Shown here piece after piece: positions 19,201-29,467 of a stretch of DNA of 64,000 nucleotides. The notes beneath the pieces were generated by a model, which saw nothing but the letters and a program-made list of their open reading frames with translations, was not told where the DNA came from and did not search any database. The position numbers and the translations under genes were made by a program. This DNA is from a virus (lineage: Duplodnaviria > Caudoviricetes), in IMG/VR virus record IMGVR_UViG_3300021962_007611, positions 70 through 64,069 of that record; one strand, 5' to 3'. Numbering within the stretch: position 1 is the first letter of the stretch; each line of letters opens with the position of its first letter.

Positions 19201-22200
19201 TTATTAGAACTACCAAAACATTTAATCCCAGTGCTAATATAGATATTACTGCTAACACTATTACGATTCTAGATCACGGATTCAAGAGTGGTTCTAGAGT
19301 CAAGTACAGCAGCGGTGGCGGTTCTTCTATCGTGGTAGACAATTTAGATGACGAGAATGGAGATCCAATCACCAACTTAAATGATTTAGTCTTCTATGTA
19401 TACGTAGTTGACGGTGACAACATTCAACTAGTAGAAAATCTTCCTTTACTGATTGCCAAAGAGAAAGGTGTTAGCACATCGATCGAATTAAACATTGTAG
19501 GTGTTGGTAGTGGTGCTTCACATACTTTAGAATTCTATCAAGTAACTGATCCCGAAATAGTCTTAGACGATATTACCAATTCCGGTGTTGAAGCAGCAAT
19601 CACAGCAGGAACGACCTACATCACTACATTAATCTCCGGCGAAACTGCTGGCGTTCCTGGGATATATCCTCAATATGAATGCGTATTAGACAGCCCTTAT
19701 TACGGTAACGGACTATTCGATCAGTCTAAATGTGCTAGAGACGTTGGTTTGATTCTTGACGCAGTTAATTATGATATGGTGTTAGGATCTAACTATCAAT
19801 CTGTCAAAGCAGGTTTATCGTATCTACGATCATATTCAAGCGTTGTTATTGATGAACAAAAGCAACAGACCATAAATGGTATCACCAAAACAGAACTCGA
19901 ATCTCTAGCATTGATTCCAGAGGGCACTTATTCTGCTGCTAGATCTGCTCTTTCAGATAGATTTGAAATCATAAGAGATATCATTAGAAACGGTGTTGGT
20001 GCTGCTCCTACTGTAACTTATCCTTTACCAGCCGGTGTGCTAGCAGGTTCAAATAAAGCTAAGGCAGTAGATGTTTTAGTAGATAACAGAGATTTTATAA
20101 AAACAGAAATCGTAGCTTGGGTAACTGATAACAATCCAGGATTTGAATACGACACTGCTAAGTGTGCTAGAGACGTAGGCTATCTATTAGATGGTATGAT
20201 CTACGATCTATTATACGGTGGAAATAGCCAGACTAAGAACAACGCCGAAACATATTATAGAGACGGAGAAAGTTTTGTTCCTGACCAAGAAATTATCACA
20301 GCATCAGCATTTACTAGACTAAAGGTTGTGCTGTTCTATGTTGTTCAAAATGATACAACAACCTGGACCAAATCTTCCAGCAACACTTTAACACAAGATG
20401 TCAGCAATCCTGCTGCCACTGCCACAGAAGGAACTACACTTCAGAATCTAACAGATATATTGATAGACTACGTAGCAGATGAAGATTATGACACACCAGT
20501 CACTGAAGTATTGCCTACACTCACTGGAGCGAATGCCGACCTATTAGCAGCTAGAACTGAAATCATCGCTGCCAAAGAAACTATCAAGACCACTGTACTA
20601 GATTTCTTAGAGAATGTTACAGGTAAAGTGACATTGAGCACAGCAGGTAATAAGTCTATGTTAGGTAATGACTTTACACAGGTCAACGACATGGGCTATG
20701 GTATTTTCTGTACCAACAACGGGCTTTCTGAACAAGTATCTGTGTTTACCTACTATTGCTACACAGCATTTTATTCCCTCAACGGTGCCCAGATTAGATC
20801 GTTAAACGGATCATCAGCACACGGTGTTATTGGTTTAAAGGCTGAGGGAGCAGATCCAAACGAAATTCCAGATTCTGTATTCTTGAAATTCCCGATGATA
20901 CAGATCGTCGAGGCCTACGAAGACGTCGGCGATGAGATCGAAAACGTAAGAAATGGTGATGCTATCTGGGTTACAAACTATCAGTATCTGCCAAGAGCAG
21001 GCTGTATTGTAGATATTGACCACACAGGCGATCGAACAGATACTATCAATCCAGCAATAGCATTACAGATCGGTACAGAATACGAGATAGCAACACTAGG
21101 AACCACAGACTGGAATGCGGCTGCTGGTACTTCAGCAGTAGTGTATGTTGTCGGAGATAAATTTACAGCAGCTAATTCCGGTAACGGTGACGGTACTGTC
21201 TACACACTTACATCCGTAGGTCAAAGATCCTATGTCGTTGAAACAGTTACTACATCAGGTTTACCAGCTGGAGTTGCTAAACTACAATTAAGCACTGTGG
21301 CTGCTAACGCTGGGTTGGCTATATATGTGGCGCCTGGCAAAGCATTAATTGTTAGAAGTAACGAAGAATTCGTTCTTGCTGACAAAGAAGAAGTCGTTGC
21401 TGTTCGTCCGTCAACTGCTCTTATATTCGATGAGAATACTGGTACAGCTATCCGACTATTGAGTTTTAACCAATACGATGATATTGACGCAGTTGCTAAT
21501 GACCAAATCATTACGACCAGAGACGGTTATCAATATGTTAAATTGACTATCCTAAAAGACACTGCCGAATTTACCATTCCGGGCGGTTTCGGTCAACTTG
21601 CTGACGATCAAGTCATCGTACAAGCTCTCAACTTTAGAGATTCTAAACGTGTAGTATTTCCGACTACTGGCGCTATGATCTATGACGGATCTACTACTGG
21701 CACCGGTGGTATGATCTTCGGTTTCCATGATTCTATGTACGAGATTACTGATTATAAAGTCAATAATCTAGATCCGAATAATATTTTCGGTATTATCACA
21801 TTCAGGAACGTTACAAATCCTTTAGTTGAAACTGACAGAATTTATACATTCTCAGTCACTGGTACATCTCCGGCTCAGCTAGCGTTAACAGCAGATCACA
21901 ATTTGTCTGATACTAGAAGAGTAAAGATTGGCAGTTCTAATTACTATGTTAAAAATGTAATTAGCAATGTTAACCATGGACCTCTCAGCGGCACCAATGT
22001 AAGTGGAACTGGTACTAGTGCGACATTTACTATCACTAGAACTAACAACATTGTCTACGAAGACATACAGGTCAATGTTGCTGGTACAGGTTATGATGTT
22101 GGTGACACAATACGAATCCTAGGCACAAGTCTAGGTGGCACAACACCAGCTAACGATGTATTAATCACTGTTAACGAAGTCGGGGGTAGCGGAGACATCG

Positions 22201-24722
22201 TCGAAGCAGTTATATCTCGTGGTGTTGCTAAACAGGTAAGGATGGAGTTACAGCTTTACTCCGACGAAGATTTAACGTTAGGAGTTAATTCTAGTGCGTT
22301 AGGTGTAGCTACTACAATGACTGTGCTAGGCGGTCTTACATATTCTCCATTAGAAACCAACGGTACTAATGTATCGTTTGATGCTGGTATACGAGCAGGT
22401 GCTACAGGTACTGTTACTGTTAACATTTCAACGATGCGAGCCACTGGCCATGACTTCTTAGATATTGGTACTGGTTCTTATGCTGATACTAACTATCCAA
22501 GCAATATCTTTGGAGAGCCTGCTAACGAGCCAGATGTTGAAGCACAGGTAGTTGAAGTAACCACAGGTCGTGTGTTCTATGTAAGTACTGACCAAAACGG
22601 TAACTTTAAAGTTGGTGACTTCTTTGCTGTTGACCAAGGTACTGGTAAACTTACACTTGATGCTAAGATCGACTTGAAGGGTATCGATTCTCTTAAGCTG
22701 CGTTCTGGTAACGAGATTTTTGAATTTACCAACGACATCACTATGGGCGGCGAAGGTGCTGCTGACCCGCAGGCTGTACCTACTGAATACGCTATTCGAA
22801 GCTATATTGACAAACGACTAGGCTTAAATCACTTCGGTGTTAGAGTCACAGACGGTCTACGAGGACCAGGGTACCTAGCATTAGACGGTTCGCTGGCAGT
22901 TAAAGGCACTATCGAGATGGATGGCAATACTCTACGTAACTTGCCTGCTCCGAGAAGAGGTGCTGTCGGTGACACAGAAGCTGTTCCTAAATTCTACATG
23001 AAACTAGGTAATGTTGAGGATGGTCCTGACTATTGGAGACCAGCATTAGGTTCTCCAACTTATGCTATACAGAGAGCTGACATCCTAGCGTTCACAGGAA
23101 CCGATTCACAGTTTAGCCATGCTACAATAACTGGTGCGTTGACTTTCACATTGAATACTACAACACCAACTGATCCATTTATAGTTTCTACTATTAATGA
23201 CAACGTCATTGTCAATGATGATGTTAACTACGATGCGGCTATTTTACAGCACAAATTACAGTTAAATTATATCCGAGACACCGCAGCAGATGGTTTCACA
23301 ATTACCGCATATACCACAACCGGTGTTCCATCCGGCTTTACAAGATTTACAGCTAACGGACACGGTATTAGCGAAAATGACAGTATTGAAATCTTAGGCG
23401 AAACTACTGGTACACTAACTGGAATTAATAAACGTTGGAAGGCTGTAAGCATTACTACAAACACTTTTGATATTCCTATTACAGGTTTAACAGGTGTGCT
23501 CAGTGGTAATGCTAAGGTAAGAGAACCTGGTATTCTTAGTGGTGCTAAGACTTCGGAATTCCAAATTTCAAGTACAGGCTTCTTACAACTAAGACCTTCA
23601 AGCAGTACCACCACAGGCGTTACATTTGACAAACTTGCTTATATTGACCCTGCTATATATGACGCTACAGACGAAACTACTTATGCGGGTGGCGGCACAA
23701 AATTACTAGGACGTAGATCATTACCGACTTCAGGTTCCGTGATCGGTCAACCTGTACCAATCGACGCTAGAACTGTGATCAGGGACGGCTACGGTCTTTC
23801 TAAATTCGATGTACCTTTAGAAGGTATATTGGCTAGAGTTGACCTCAGCAATGATCCTACAGATGTTAGTTTTACTTCAATAGGTTACGGTTCATCGAAC
23901 AGCGGCAACGAGCTTGTTCAAAGAGATGCATCTGGTAACTTCCAAGCTAATCAAGTCACTGTTAATGCTTTAATATCTAATGGCGATATAACAACTATTA
24001 CTGATACTGCTAGTATCTCTAATCCTAAAGGTATTAGGATGACTATTAATAGTACTACTGCTACTATATTACAGCGTGGATTAGAATCTGGAGCAGACAA
24101 CGCCTATAAAACTATCCTAAGAAATGGTAACGGTGGACAGGGTATTGTCTTAGTTGAAGGTAACAGTGTGGTCAACAAACATACTGATTACTACGCTCAA
24201 GAACATAGATTTTATGATAGTAGCGGAGCAGGTGGTACACTTAACCTTTCTGCCGGTATTCTGAAAGCAGGCACCGGCGGAAGTGCTGGTACTATCCAAG
24301 GTGCTTGGCAATTAGCGTCTGGTGCTACTTTCCAGGCAACATGGGCAGACTTAGCAGAATGGTACAGTTCCGATAGAGAATATGAGCCAGGTACCGTCTT
24401 AGAGTTTGGCGGTGATGCTGAAGTTCGATCATCATCTAAACAGGGCACAACTAGGGTAGCAGGTGTTGTAACCACTAATCCTGCTTACACGATGAATCAC
24501 GGACTAGAAGGTACCAAAGCCTGCGTGGCCTTACAAGGAAGAGTCCCATGTAAAGTCGTCGGCAAAGTTGAAAAAGGTGATCTAATGATCGCAGGTCCTA
24601 TACCAGGAGTTGCTGTATCAGCGGGAGAAACAGCTCAACCCGGAACGATTATAGGAAAAGCTCTACAAAATTACAACAGCGATCATATAGGAATTATAGA
24701 AGTTGCTGTAGGAAGATTGTAA
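16206..24722 (+). CDS. giant virion structural (baseplate/fibre) protein
   Basis: 2838 aa; N-terminal INIG..NDGTGDSIRDSFQKVNENF (gp9/gp10-like), DAATKEYVD repeats, C-terminal ADLAEWY...EPGTV autoproteolytic chaperone-like domain. Confidence 0.85.
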   Translation: MSRKEINIGIEGNDGTGDSIRDSFQKVNENFTELYAILGQGGKLSFIGLEDVEKERTVKNYRSSDNNRVLVVDSEGEQIVFKELVGSETIIVNQSIPGQIRLSSLASALINDPDPTLQTNLNANFKRLTNVGEATEDTDAATKEYVDNKLSLDGTDAIDVSGNARPDWGLMRGPLVLSRNPIEEDDLEYNGLVAATKAYVDSKTFSSEYNLYVSPKGIDERTDIPQNQIGRSEATAYATIQKACETAEEMVNEAPLELGPYQKILTYANGTKYCEIVSVEESELSGDGCTAVARMGIDDEGSLIQILIAGTGYQKDDILTPNGGTYLGQEAQFRVVAVDFAGSILQLAMNVDADGVRQQGIYSILPQSHVDNDYLLLVGGSGSGTARVRVRWTVTQIDVTATGSGYTSASVIFNGGGGSGSEAFITEIGGEVKEITVTKGGIGYTGIPDVAVYLPRMLIKTERLNTDFLDDIREGQALRGETSGALARIVQHDGSLNEDGDEIFEIEVINGVFQIGERLSYADLTRNIQITINVETGIYYENYPLRLAENVTIRGNDLRRSIVRPKPGISESPWVRVFFRRDRVIDELRVTDYEYGYQYLTDPLDYSSQPKNNDEIDACLVNDATRLSEISFQGHGGFVMVLDPNGQILSKSPYFQTGTSFSKSINEHQFAGGQFIDGFSGNLEGVLLRQVPVDPSDPAYIPSDPTTFKEYQKVIIGGLMRPLSLPTSFTIGENLYRVTLSNRIETGFFDTKILLERNRRFIQTEVVSFVNGEFPTLDYNEDKCFRDVGLLVDAVVQDVLYGGYLNSTQAARLYFIGGNTVISGQVAETVAAIQKIKEVAVAVITQDLDYERVGTVDQVFLPAYPSGGDAQTEVETAFDLIANIVEYGETIYKAKDLLQINKEIIQAETIAYLDDLYPSLNYDRDTCYRDVGYIVDAWSIDIFGDFNNTVRAGYSYYKQGGRIIPDSGPTSQLAETIDGIEYAALLAKKIVKNESLSGFIRTTKTFNPSANIDITANTITILDHGFKSGSRVKYSSGGGSSIVVDNLDDENGDPITNLNDLVFYVYVVDGDNIQLVENLPLLIAKEKGVSTSIELNIVGVGSGASHTLEFYQVTDPEIVLDDITNSGVEAAITAGTTYITTLISGETAGVPGIYPQYECVLDSPYYGNGLFDQSKCARDVGLILDAVNYDMVLGSNYQSVKAGLSYLRSYSSVVIDEQKQQTINGITKTELESLALIPEGTYSAARSALSDRFEIIRDIIRNGVGAAPTVTYPLPAGVLAGSNKAKAVDVLVDNRDFIKTEIVAWVTDNNPGFEYDTAKCARDVGYLLDGMIYDLLYGGNSQTKNNAETYYRDGESFVPDQEIITASAFTRLKVVLFYVVQNDTTTWTKSSSNTLTQDVSNPAATATEGTTLQNLTDILIDYVADEDYDTPVTEVLPTLTGANADLLAARTEIIAAKETIKTTVLDFLENVTGKVTLSTAGNKSMLGNDFTQVNDMGYGIFCTNNGLSEQVSVFTYYCYTAFYSLNGAQIRSLNGSSAHGVIGLKAEGADPNEIPDSVFLKFPMIQIVEAYEDVGDEIENVRNGDAIWVTNYQYLPRAGCIVDIDHTGDRTDTINPAIALQIGTEYEIATLGTTDWNAAAGTSAVVYVVGDKFTAANSGNGDGTVYTLTSVGQRSYVVETVTTSGLPAGVAKLQLSTVAANAGLAIYVAPGKALIVRSNEEFVLADKEEVVAVRPSTALIFDENTGTAIRLLSFNQYDDIDAVANDQIITTRDGYQYVKLTILKDTAEFTIPGGFGQLADDQVIVQALNFRDSKRVVFPTTGAMIYDGSTTGTGGMIFGFHDSMYEITDYKVNNLDPNNIFGIITFRNVTNPLVETDRIYTFSVTGTSPAQLALTADHNLSDTRRVKIGSSNYYVKNVISNVNHGPLSGTNVSGTGTSATFTITRTNNIVYEDIQVNVAGTGYDVGDTIRILGTSLGGTTPANDVLITVNEVGGSGDIVEAVISRGVAKQVRMELQLYSDEDLTLGVNSSALGVATTMTVLGGLTYSPLETNGTNVSFDAGIRAGATGTVTVNISTMRATGHDFLDIGTGSYADTNYPSNIFGEPANEPDVEAQVVEVTTGRVFYVSTDQNGNFKVGDFFAVDQGTGKLTLDAKIDLKGIDSLKLRSGNEIFEFTNDITMGGEGAADPQAVPTEYAIRSYIDKRLGLNHFGVRVTDGLRGPGYLALDGSLAVKGTIEMDGNTLRNLPAPRRGAVGDTEAVPKFYMKLGNVEDGPDYWRPALGSPTYAIQRADILAFTGTDSQFSHATITGALTFTLNTTTPTDPFIVSTINDNVIVNDDVNYDAAILQHKLQLNYIRDTAADGFTITAYTTTGVPSGFTRFTANGHGISENDSIEILGETTGTLTGINKRWKAVSITTNTFDIPITGLTGVLSGNAKVREPGILSGAKTSEFQISSTGFLQLRPSSSTTTGVTFDKLAYIDPAIYDATDETTYAGGGTKLLGRRSLPTSGSVIGQPVPIDARTVIRDGYGLSKFDVPLEGILARVDLSNDPTDVSFTSIGYGSSNSGNELVQRDASGNFQANQVTVNALISNGDITTITDTASISNPKGIRMTINSTTATILQRGLESGADNAYKTILRNGNGGQGIVLVEGNSVVNKHTDYYAQEHRFYDSSGAGGTLNLSAGILKAGTGGSAGTIQGAWQLASGATFQATWADLAEWYSSDREYEPGTVLEFGGDAEVRSSSKQGTTRVAGVVTTNPAYTMNHGLEGTKACVALQGRVPCKVVGKVEKGDLMIAGPIPGVAVSAGETAQPGTIIGKALQNYNSDHIGIIEVAVGRL

Positions 24723-24756
24723 AGAGCATGGATAAATATTAGATAGAAATCAAATT

Positions 24757-25476
24757 ATGGCTATAGAAACAGTAAACATAGGAAATTTAGTCAACGACGG
24801 GCTCGGCGACGATCTACGCACGGCGTTTCAAAAGGTTAATAATAGCTTATTATCCTTAAACAGCGAACTTGTGCTATCAGGTCGGAGCCTAGGCGACGGT
24901 GCGGCTGTGTATAAAAGAAAATCAAATGCTGGGGGTACCGAAACAATAACTCCAGAGTCAGACTCTGATCGTTTAGAATTTAGATCTATTAAAGGTTCTA
25001 GTAATGTTTCTATAACAGAAAACGCTAACGATATTACAATATCTAGCCCTTTACAAAATGTTTTTACAAAAATCGCTGTACCAGAAGTCAGTGCTCTAAT
25101 AGGAGCAGATACTTCCGATACAACACTAACTCTGATAGGTGGCTTAAACACTACGTTATCAGTAACTGGAAAAACTATCACGATTAACACTGATCCCGTA
25201 GGTAATATCTTATCGCAGGATCTAGACCTAAACACATTTGACATCATCGGCACTGGTAATATAAACATTAACGGGGATATTACTGCTGATAATTTTACTG
25301 GGGATCTTTGGAATTACGACGGTCGCGAAACAGTCAGTGCTGTATATTCGATTGATTTTGGAACATTTACTAATGTTTTCAATAATGCTATACAATTTCT
25401 CATATCTAACGGAGATTATGATATGGGAACAATACCATCCCCGAGTGATCTAGAAATAGATCTCGGAACGTTTTAA
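24757..25476 (+). CDS. baseplate wedge / fibre-connector-like protein
   Basis: VNIGNLVNDGLGDDLRTAFQKVN N-terminus; ATAAATA at 24732. Confidence 0.7.
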   Translation: MAIETVNIGNLVNDGLGDDLRTAFQKVNNSLLSLNSELVLSGRSLGDGAAVYKRKSNAGGTETITPESDSDRLEFRSIKGSSNVSITENANDITISSPLQNVFTKIAVPEVSALIGADTSDTTLTLIGGLNTTLSVTGKTITINTDPVGNILSQDLDLNTFDIIGTGNININGDITADNFTGDLWNYDGRETVSAVYSIDFGTFTNVFNNAIQFLISNGDYDMGTIPSPSDLEIDLGTF

Positions 25477-25489
25477 CGGAGAATTATAA

Positions 25490-26860
25490 ATGGCTCTAAG
25501 ATTAAAAAGAGGAACCACAGCTGAAAGATTAACTTACACACCGCTTAACGGAGAGTTAGTCTACGATACAGATCAGAAGGCGATCTATATCGGAGACGGA
25601 TCACTAGTGGGAGGAAAACTGTTAGCTAGCGGCGGAACTATTATCGATGACCTTGTGTTAAATGGTTACGACATAACTGGCACAGGTAACATCGATTTCA
25701 CTGGCGACCTTGATGTTGACGGTAATATACACGCCACTGGTAATATCACAGCAGACGGAACTATAACTATAGGTAATGATGACGCAGACGAAGTAGAATT
25801 TAAAGCCGAAGTAGTTTCTAATATTGTACCAGATGTCGACAATAGTTATGATTTAGGAACATCATCAAAGAGATGGAATACAGTACATGCGAATACTGTT
25901 GATGCTACAACAATTAACGGCAATACTGTAGGATATCATACAGGAGATACAACGGGTTCTGTTTTTGCTGACAATTCGACGCTGCTTGTCGATGCTACTT
26001 CCGGCAGAATCGTCGGTCCTGTTTTCGCTAACGTTACAGGAAACACCACAGGAACACATACTGGTAACGTTATCGGTAATTTGTTAGGTGATGTTAGCGG
26101 CAACGTTACCGGTGTTGTAACAGGAACACTAATAGGTGCTGTATCTCTGCCTGACGGTACAGTTCTATTTGATACCAGAACAAGCAATGGTCCTCCAACT
26201 TTTCCGGCCGATATCATCGGTGATCTCTATGGCTCTGTGTATGGAGACAATTCAACAAGATTAGTTGATGGTGTAAACAATGTTATCAACACAGAAGGTA
26301 CAGTCACAGAACTTATCCCTAATACTGATAGTGCTTATAGAATTGGTACTAGAGAGTATCGATTTACTTTAGGTTATCTAGAAAATGGTTTAAACATCAG
26401 CGATCGTCATCTAAGAATAGAAAACAACAAAATTTCTAGTTGGGGTGGTGTCAACCATAACGTAGAAGTCGTAACTACTCTTAGTGCTTCGATACCCGAC
26501 GGATCTAATAATAATTTTACTATTAGTAGTACATCAGGAATTCAAAACGGTGCTAAGTTTTATCTAAACGGCACCTCAGAATTAGAAGTACAGAGTATAG
26601 TAGGAAATGCTGTAACCGCAACAGGCACTTTTACATCATCAAATAACGTGCTCGGTCAGACTGTGAGATTTTTTAATCCATCATCAAGCACACCCGGTGT
26701 GACTTTTAGAAGTGCTGCTCCTGCTACATCAAAAGGCCTAAATGGCGATACGCCCGGAATGGTTTTTGCTAACAGCAATTATATCTATTTCTGTGTAGCA
26801 CCGTGGGATGGCACTAGCGACATTTGGGTTAGAACTTCAGTTATTTTAGCTACATTCTAA
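25490..26860 (+). CDS. tail fibre protein with Mtd_N-like N-terminus
   Basis: ALRLKRGT...GELVYDTD...IGDG; YDLGTSSKRW; two GSV..DNST.LVD repeats. Confidence 0.7.
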   Translation: MALRLKRGTTAERLTYTPLNGELVYDTDQKAIYIGDGSLVGGKLLASGGTIIDDLVLNGYDITGTGNIDFTGDLDVDGNIHATGNITADGTITIGNDDADEVEFKAEVVSNIVPDVDNSYDLGTSSKRWNTVHANTVDATTINGNTVGYHTGDTTGSVFADNSTLLVDATSGRIVGPVFANVTGNTTGTHTGNVIGNLLGDVSGNVTGVVTGTLIGAVSLPDGTVLFDTRTSNGPPTFPADIIGDLYGSVYGDNSTRLVDGVNNVINTEGTVTELIPNTDSAYRIGTREYRFTLGYLENGLNISDRHLRIENNKISSWGGVNHNVEVVTTLSASIPDGSNNNFTISSTSGIQNGAKFYLNGTSELEVQSIVGNAVTATGTFTSSNNVLGQTVRFFNPSSSTPGVTFRSAAPATSKGLNGDTPGMVFANSNYIYFCVAPWDGTSDIWVRTSVILATF

Positions 26861-26870
26861 GGAATCATGG

Positions 26871-27623
26871 ATGGCACTGTCTTGGATAACTCCACCCGGT
26901 CCTCTAGGGAGCATAAATGAAAGAGACAGGCAAGAAATAACATTACTTGCCTCGTCTAGCCAAGGCCCAGTTACCTTTTCTTTACAAGCAGGTAGTCTAC
27001 CAAAAGGACTACGACTAGAATCAAATAAAATCGTCGGAACCCCTTTTGAAGTTTCAAAGCCTACAACTTCTCGATTTGTTATCAGAGCTTCCGACGGAAC
27101 AGAAAAGAAAGACAGAACATTTAGTATCGCAGTAGACGGCTATGACGAACCCAAGTGGGTCACCTCGGAAGGCCTATTACCAGTAGGACCAAATTCAACA
27201 TTCTTTGTTCTAGATAATGACAAGGTAGATTTTCAGCTGATAGCTTTAGATCCCGATATGCCTGCTGGAGATACTATAGAATACTTCATACCTTACGACG
27301 GCGGAGAATTACCTCCTGGGTTAACGCTATCTAAATCAGGAAGAATATCGGGATTCACTGATCCTATTTTTGCTTTAGAATATAAAATTTATAGCGGAAA
27401 TTATGATTTAAATCTTTTTGATTCAGAACCGTATGACCTAGGTACTAGACCTATTAACGGTTACGATAGTTTTACTTTTGACGAAAGGTCATTTGACTAT
27501 TTCGACGAAACTGGATTTCCTAGAAGATTAACAAGGTACTATCAATTTACTGTAGTTGCCACTGATGGTCTGTTTGAAGATCGAAGAAGCTTCCAGATAT
27601 ATGTAGTAGCGAAGATTTCTTAA
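26871..27623 (+). CDS. Ig-like repeat virion protein, 5' part (frameshifted)
   Basis: GSLPKGL and GELPPGL repeats; reading continues in the -1 frame as SEDFLRSDNTIMQ. Confidence 0.7.
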   Translation: MALSWITPPGPLGSINERDRQEITLLASSSQGPVTFSLQAGSLPKGLRLESNKIVGTPFEVSKPTTSRFVIRASDGTEKKDRTFSIAVDGYDEPKWVTSEGLLPVGPNSTFFVLDNDKVDFQLIALDPDMPAGDTIEYFIPYDGGELPPGLTLSKSGRISGFTDPIFALEYKIYSGNYDLNLFDSEPYDLGTRPINGYDSFTFDERSFDYFDETGFPRRLTRYYQFTVVATDGLFEDRRSFQIYVVAKIS

Positions 27624-27640
27624 GATCCGATAATACTATC

Positions 27641-29443
27641 ATGCAGGTCGGCACAGGCATATTCCGTGCTGATAACACCTATGTAAGAACACCAATTTGG
27701 ATTACAGAAGAGGATCTCGGCATTCGGCGTGCCAATAATTATGTGACCATATACTTAGATGTGTTCGACCCGCCATCGATGCCCGGATACATTTCATATA
27801 GATACGAAACTCTAAATCCAGAATTTAAAGGAAAATCTGTTAGGATATTCAGAGACGAGACAGATTACATAGAAGTCGATATGATTCCAGATATTAAAGG
27901 TAATGTTGGACTTCCGAGAAAAAATCAAAAATTTGCTGTGGCCAATGTATATAATTTCTTAGATAGTACCTTAGGAACCTATACGATAACTAACGTAGAA
28001 AAAATCGATGGCTACTCAGCAAGATACGGTATTACATTCGATCCTAGTCTAGGCGAACGAGTCATTCAAGATGCTGAAATTATTTTTGGCAATGATAGTA
28101 TTCTACCTCCGGGGTTGAGTCTAGACACTATCACAGGAGAAATAGTTGGTAATCTTCCTTATCAACCAAGAGTGACCAAAGACTATCGATTTACTGTAAG
28201 TGCTGTTAACACCTACGACAATGGAGTATCTGCGTCGGCCCCGAGGACATTTAGCCTTAGAGTACTAGGAGAAATCGAAAGCGGTATAGTATGGATTTCG
28301 GACCGAGACATCGGGACAATAAGTCCTAACAAAAATAGTATGCTGTTTGTAAAAGCAGAATCAAAAATAAACGGAGGAAACGTTTTCTATAATCTGCGTT
28401 CTGGAGAGTTACCTCCGGGATTAAGATTGTTGCCGTCTGGCGAAATCTACGGAAAAGTAAATCAGATAGGCAACGAGACTACTCTCGGAATAACAAGATT
28501 TTATAACTGGGACGGAAGTTCTGCTAAAGATTATACTACAACTACCTACGATAGTAATCTAACATCATTTGATAGAGTATATACTTTCATAATAGAAGCT
28601 AGAGATATCTTAAATTATGTAGAGAGTGCTAAGACATTCCAGATTACTGTATCTACTCAAGCTGATACAGTTTATAGTAATCTCTATTTTAAAGCATATC
28701 AAAAGAAGTCTAAAAGAGAAATCTGGAACAATTTTATTTCAGATTTTTCAATATTCGTTCCTGAAAAAATTTATCGATACGGAGATCCTGCGTTCGGTAT
28801 ACAGGACGAGATTAAGATGTTAATGTTCGCAGGCATAGAAAGCAATAATGCCGAGACATTTGTACAATCTATGAGTAGGAATCATTACTTCAAAAGATTA
28901 AATTTCGGTCGAATAAAGAAAGCGGTAGCCAAGGATCAGACAACTCAAGAAATCATATATGAAATAGTGTATGTGGAAATCATTGATCCGTTGGTAAAAG
29001 ATGGTAAAAGCATTTCTAGTGTGGTAAATCTTTCAGATACTATTAATAGTCCGTTTTTAGTGAACAGTAACAGAATAAATGTCAGTAGTAATATTCCATT
29101 AGCCAGCGATCAAGACTATCAACGCATCTTTCCAAATTCTATAAAGAATATGCGTAGACGTATCAAGGAAACTGGCGTAAGAGATAGATCTTACCTGCCG
29201 TTATGGATGCGGAGTATCCAGGAAGATCAGTTCGCCGAGCCTGGATTTGTCAGTGCTATGCCTTTGTGCTTTGCTAGACCGGGACAAGCAGACGACATAA
29301 TATTAAACATAAAAAACAGTAATTTTGATTTTAAAGTATTAGATTTTGAAATCGATAGATATATCATAGATTCTTTAGACGGGGAAATAGAGGATAAATA
29401 CCTCGCATTTCCAACATTTCAAGCAGAGAAATTTAGACAATAA
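27641..29443 (+). CDS. Ig-like repeat virion/baseplate protein, 3' part
   Basis: LPPGLSL and LPPGLRL repeats; no SD; frame stays open upstream to the shift point. Confidence 0.7.
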   Translation: MQVGTGIFRADNTYVRTPIWITEEDLGIRRANNYVTIYLDVFDPPSMPGYISYRYETLNPEFKGKSVRIFRDETDYIEVDMIPDIKGNVGLPRKNQKFAVANVYNFLDSTLGTYTITNVEKIDGYSARYGITFDPSLGERVIQDAEIIFGNDSILPPGLSLDTITGEIVGNLPYQPRVTKDYRFTVSAVNTYDNGVSASAPRTFSLRVLGEIESGIVWISDRDIGTISPNKNSMLFVKAESKINGGNVFYNLRSGELPPGLRLLPSGEIYGKVNQIGNETTLGITRFYNWDGSSAKDYTTTTYDSNLTSFDRVYTFIIEARDILNYVESAKTFQITVSTQADTVYSNLYFKAYQKKSKREIWNNFISDFSIFVPEKIYRYGDPAFGIQDEIKMLMFAGIESNNAETFVQSMSRNHYFKRLNFGRIKKAVAKDQTTQEIIYEIVYVEIIDPLVKDGKSISSVVNLSDTINSPFLVNSNRINVSSNIPLASDQDYQRIFPNSIKNMRRRIKETGVRDRSYLPLWMRSIQEDQFAEPGFVSAMPLCFARPGQADDIILNIKNSNFDFKVLDFEIDRYIIDSLDGEIEDKYLAFPTFQAEKFRQ

Positions 29444-29467
29444 ATACCAGTACAGCGGAGATAAAAC

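Noticed and set aside
25490-26860. Diversity-generating retroelement target (Mtd-like N-terminus)
   Set aside because: No reverse transcriptase and no TR/VR pair differing at adenines was seen in the window
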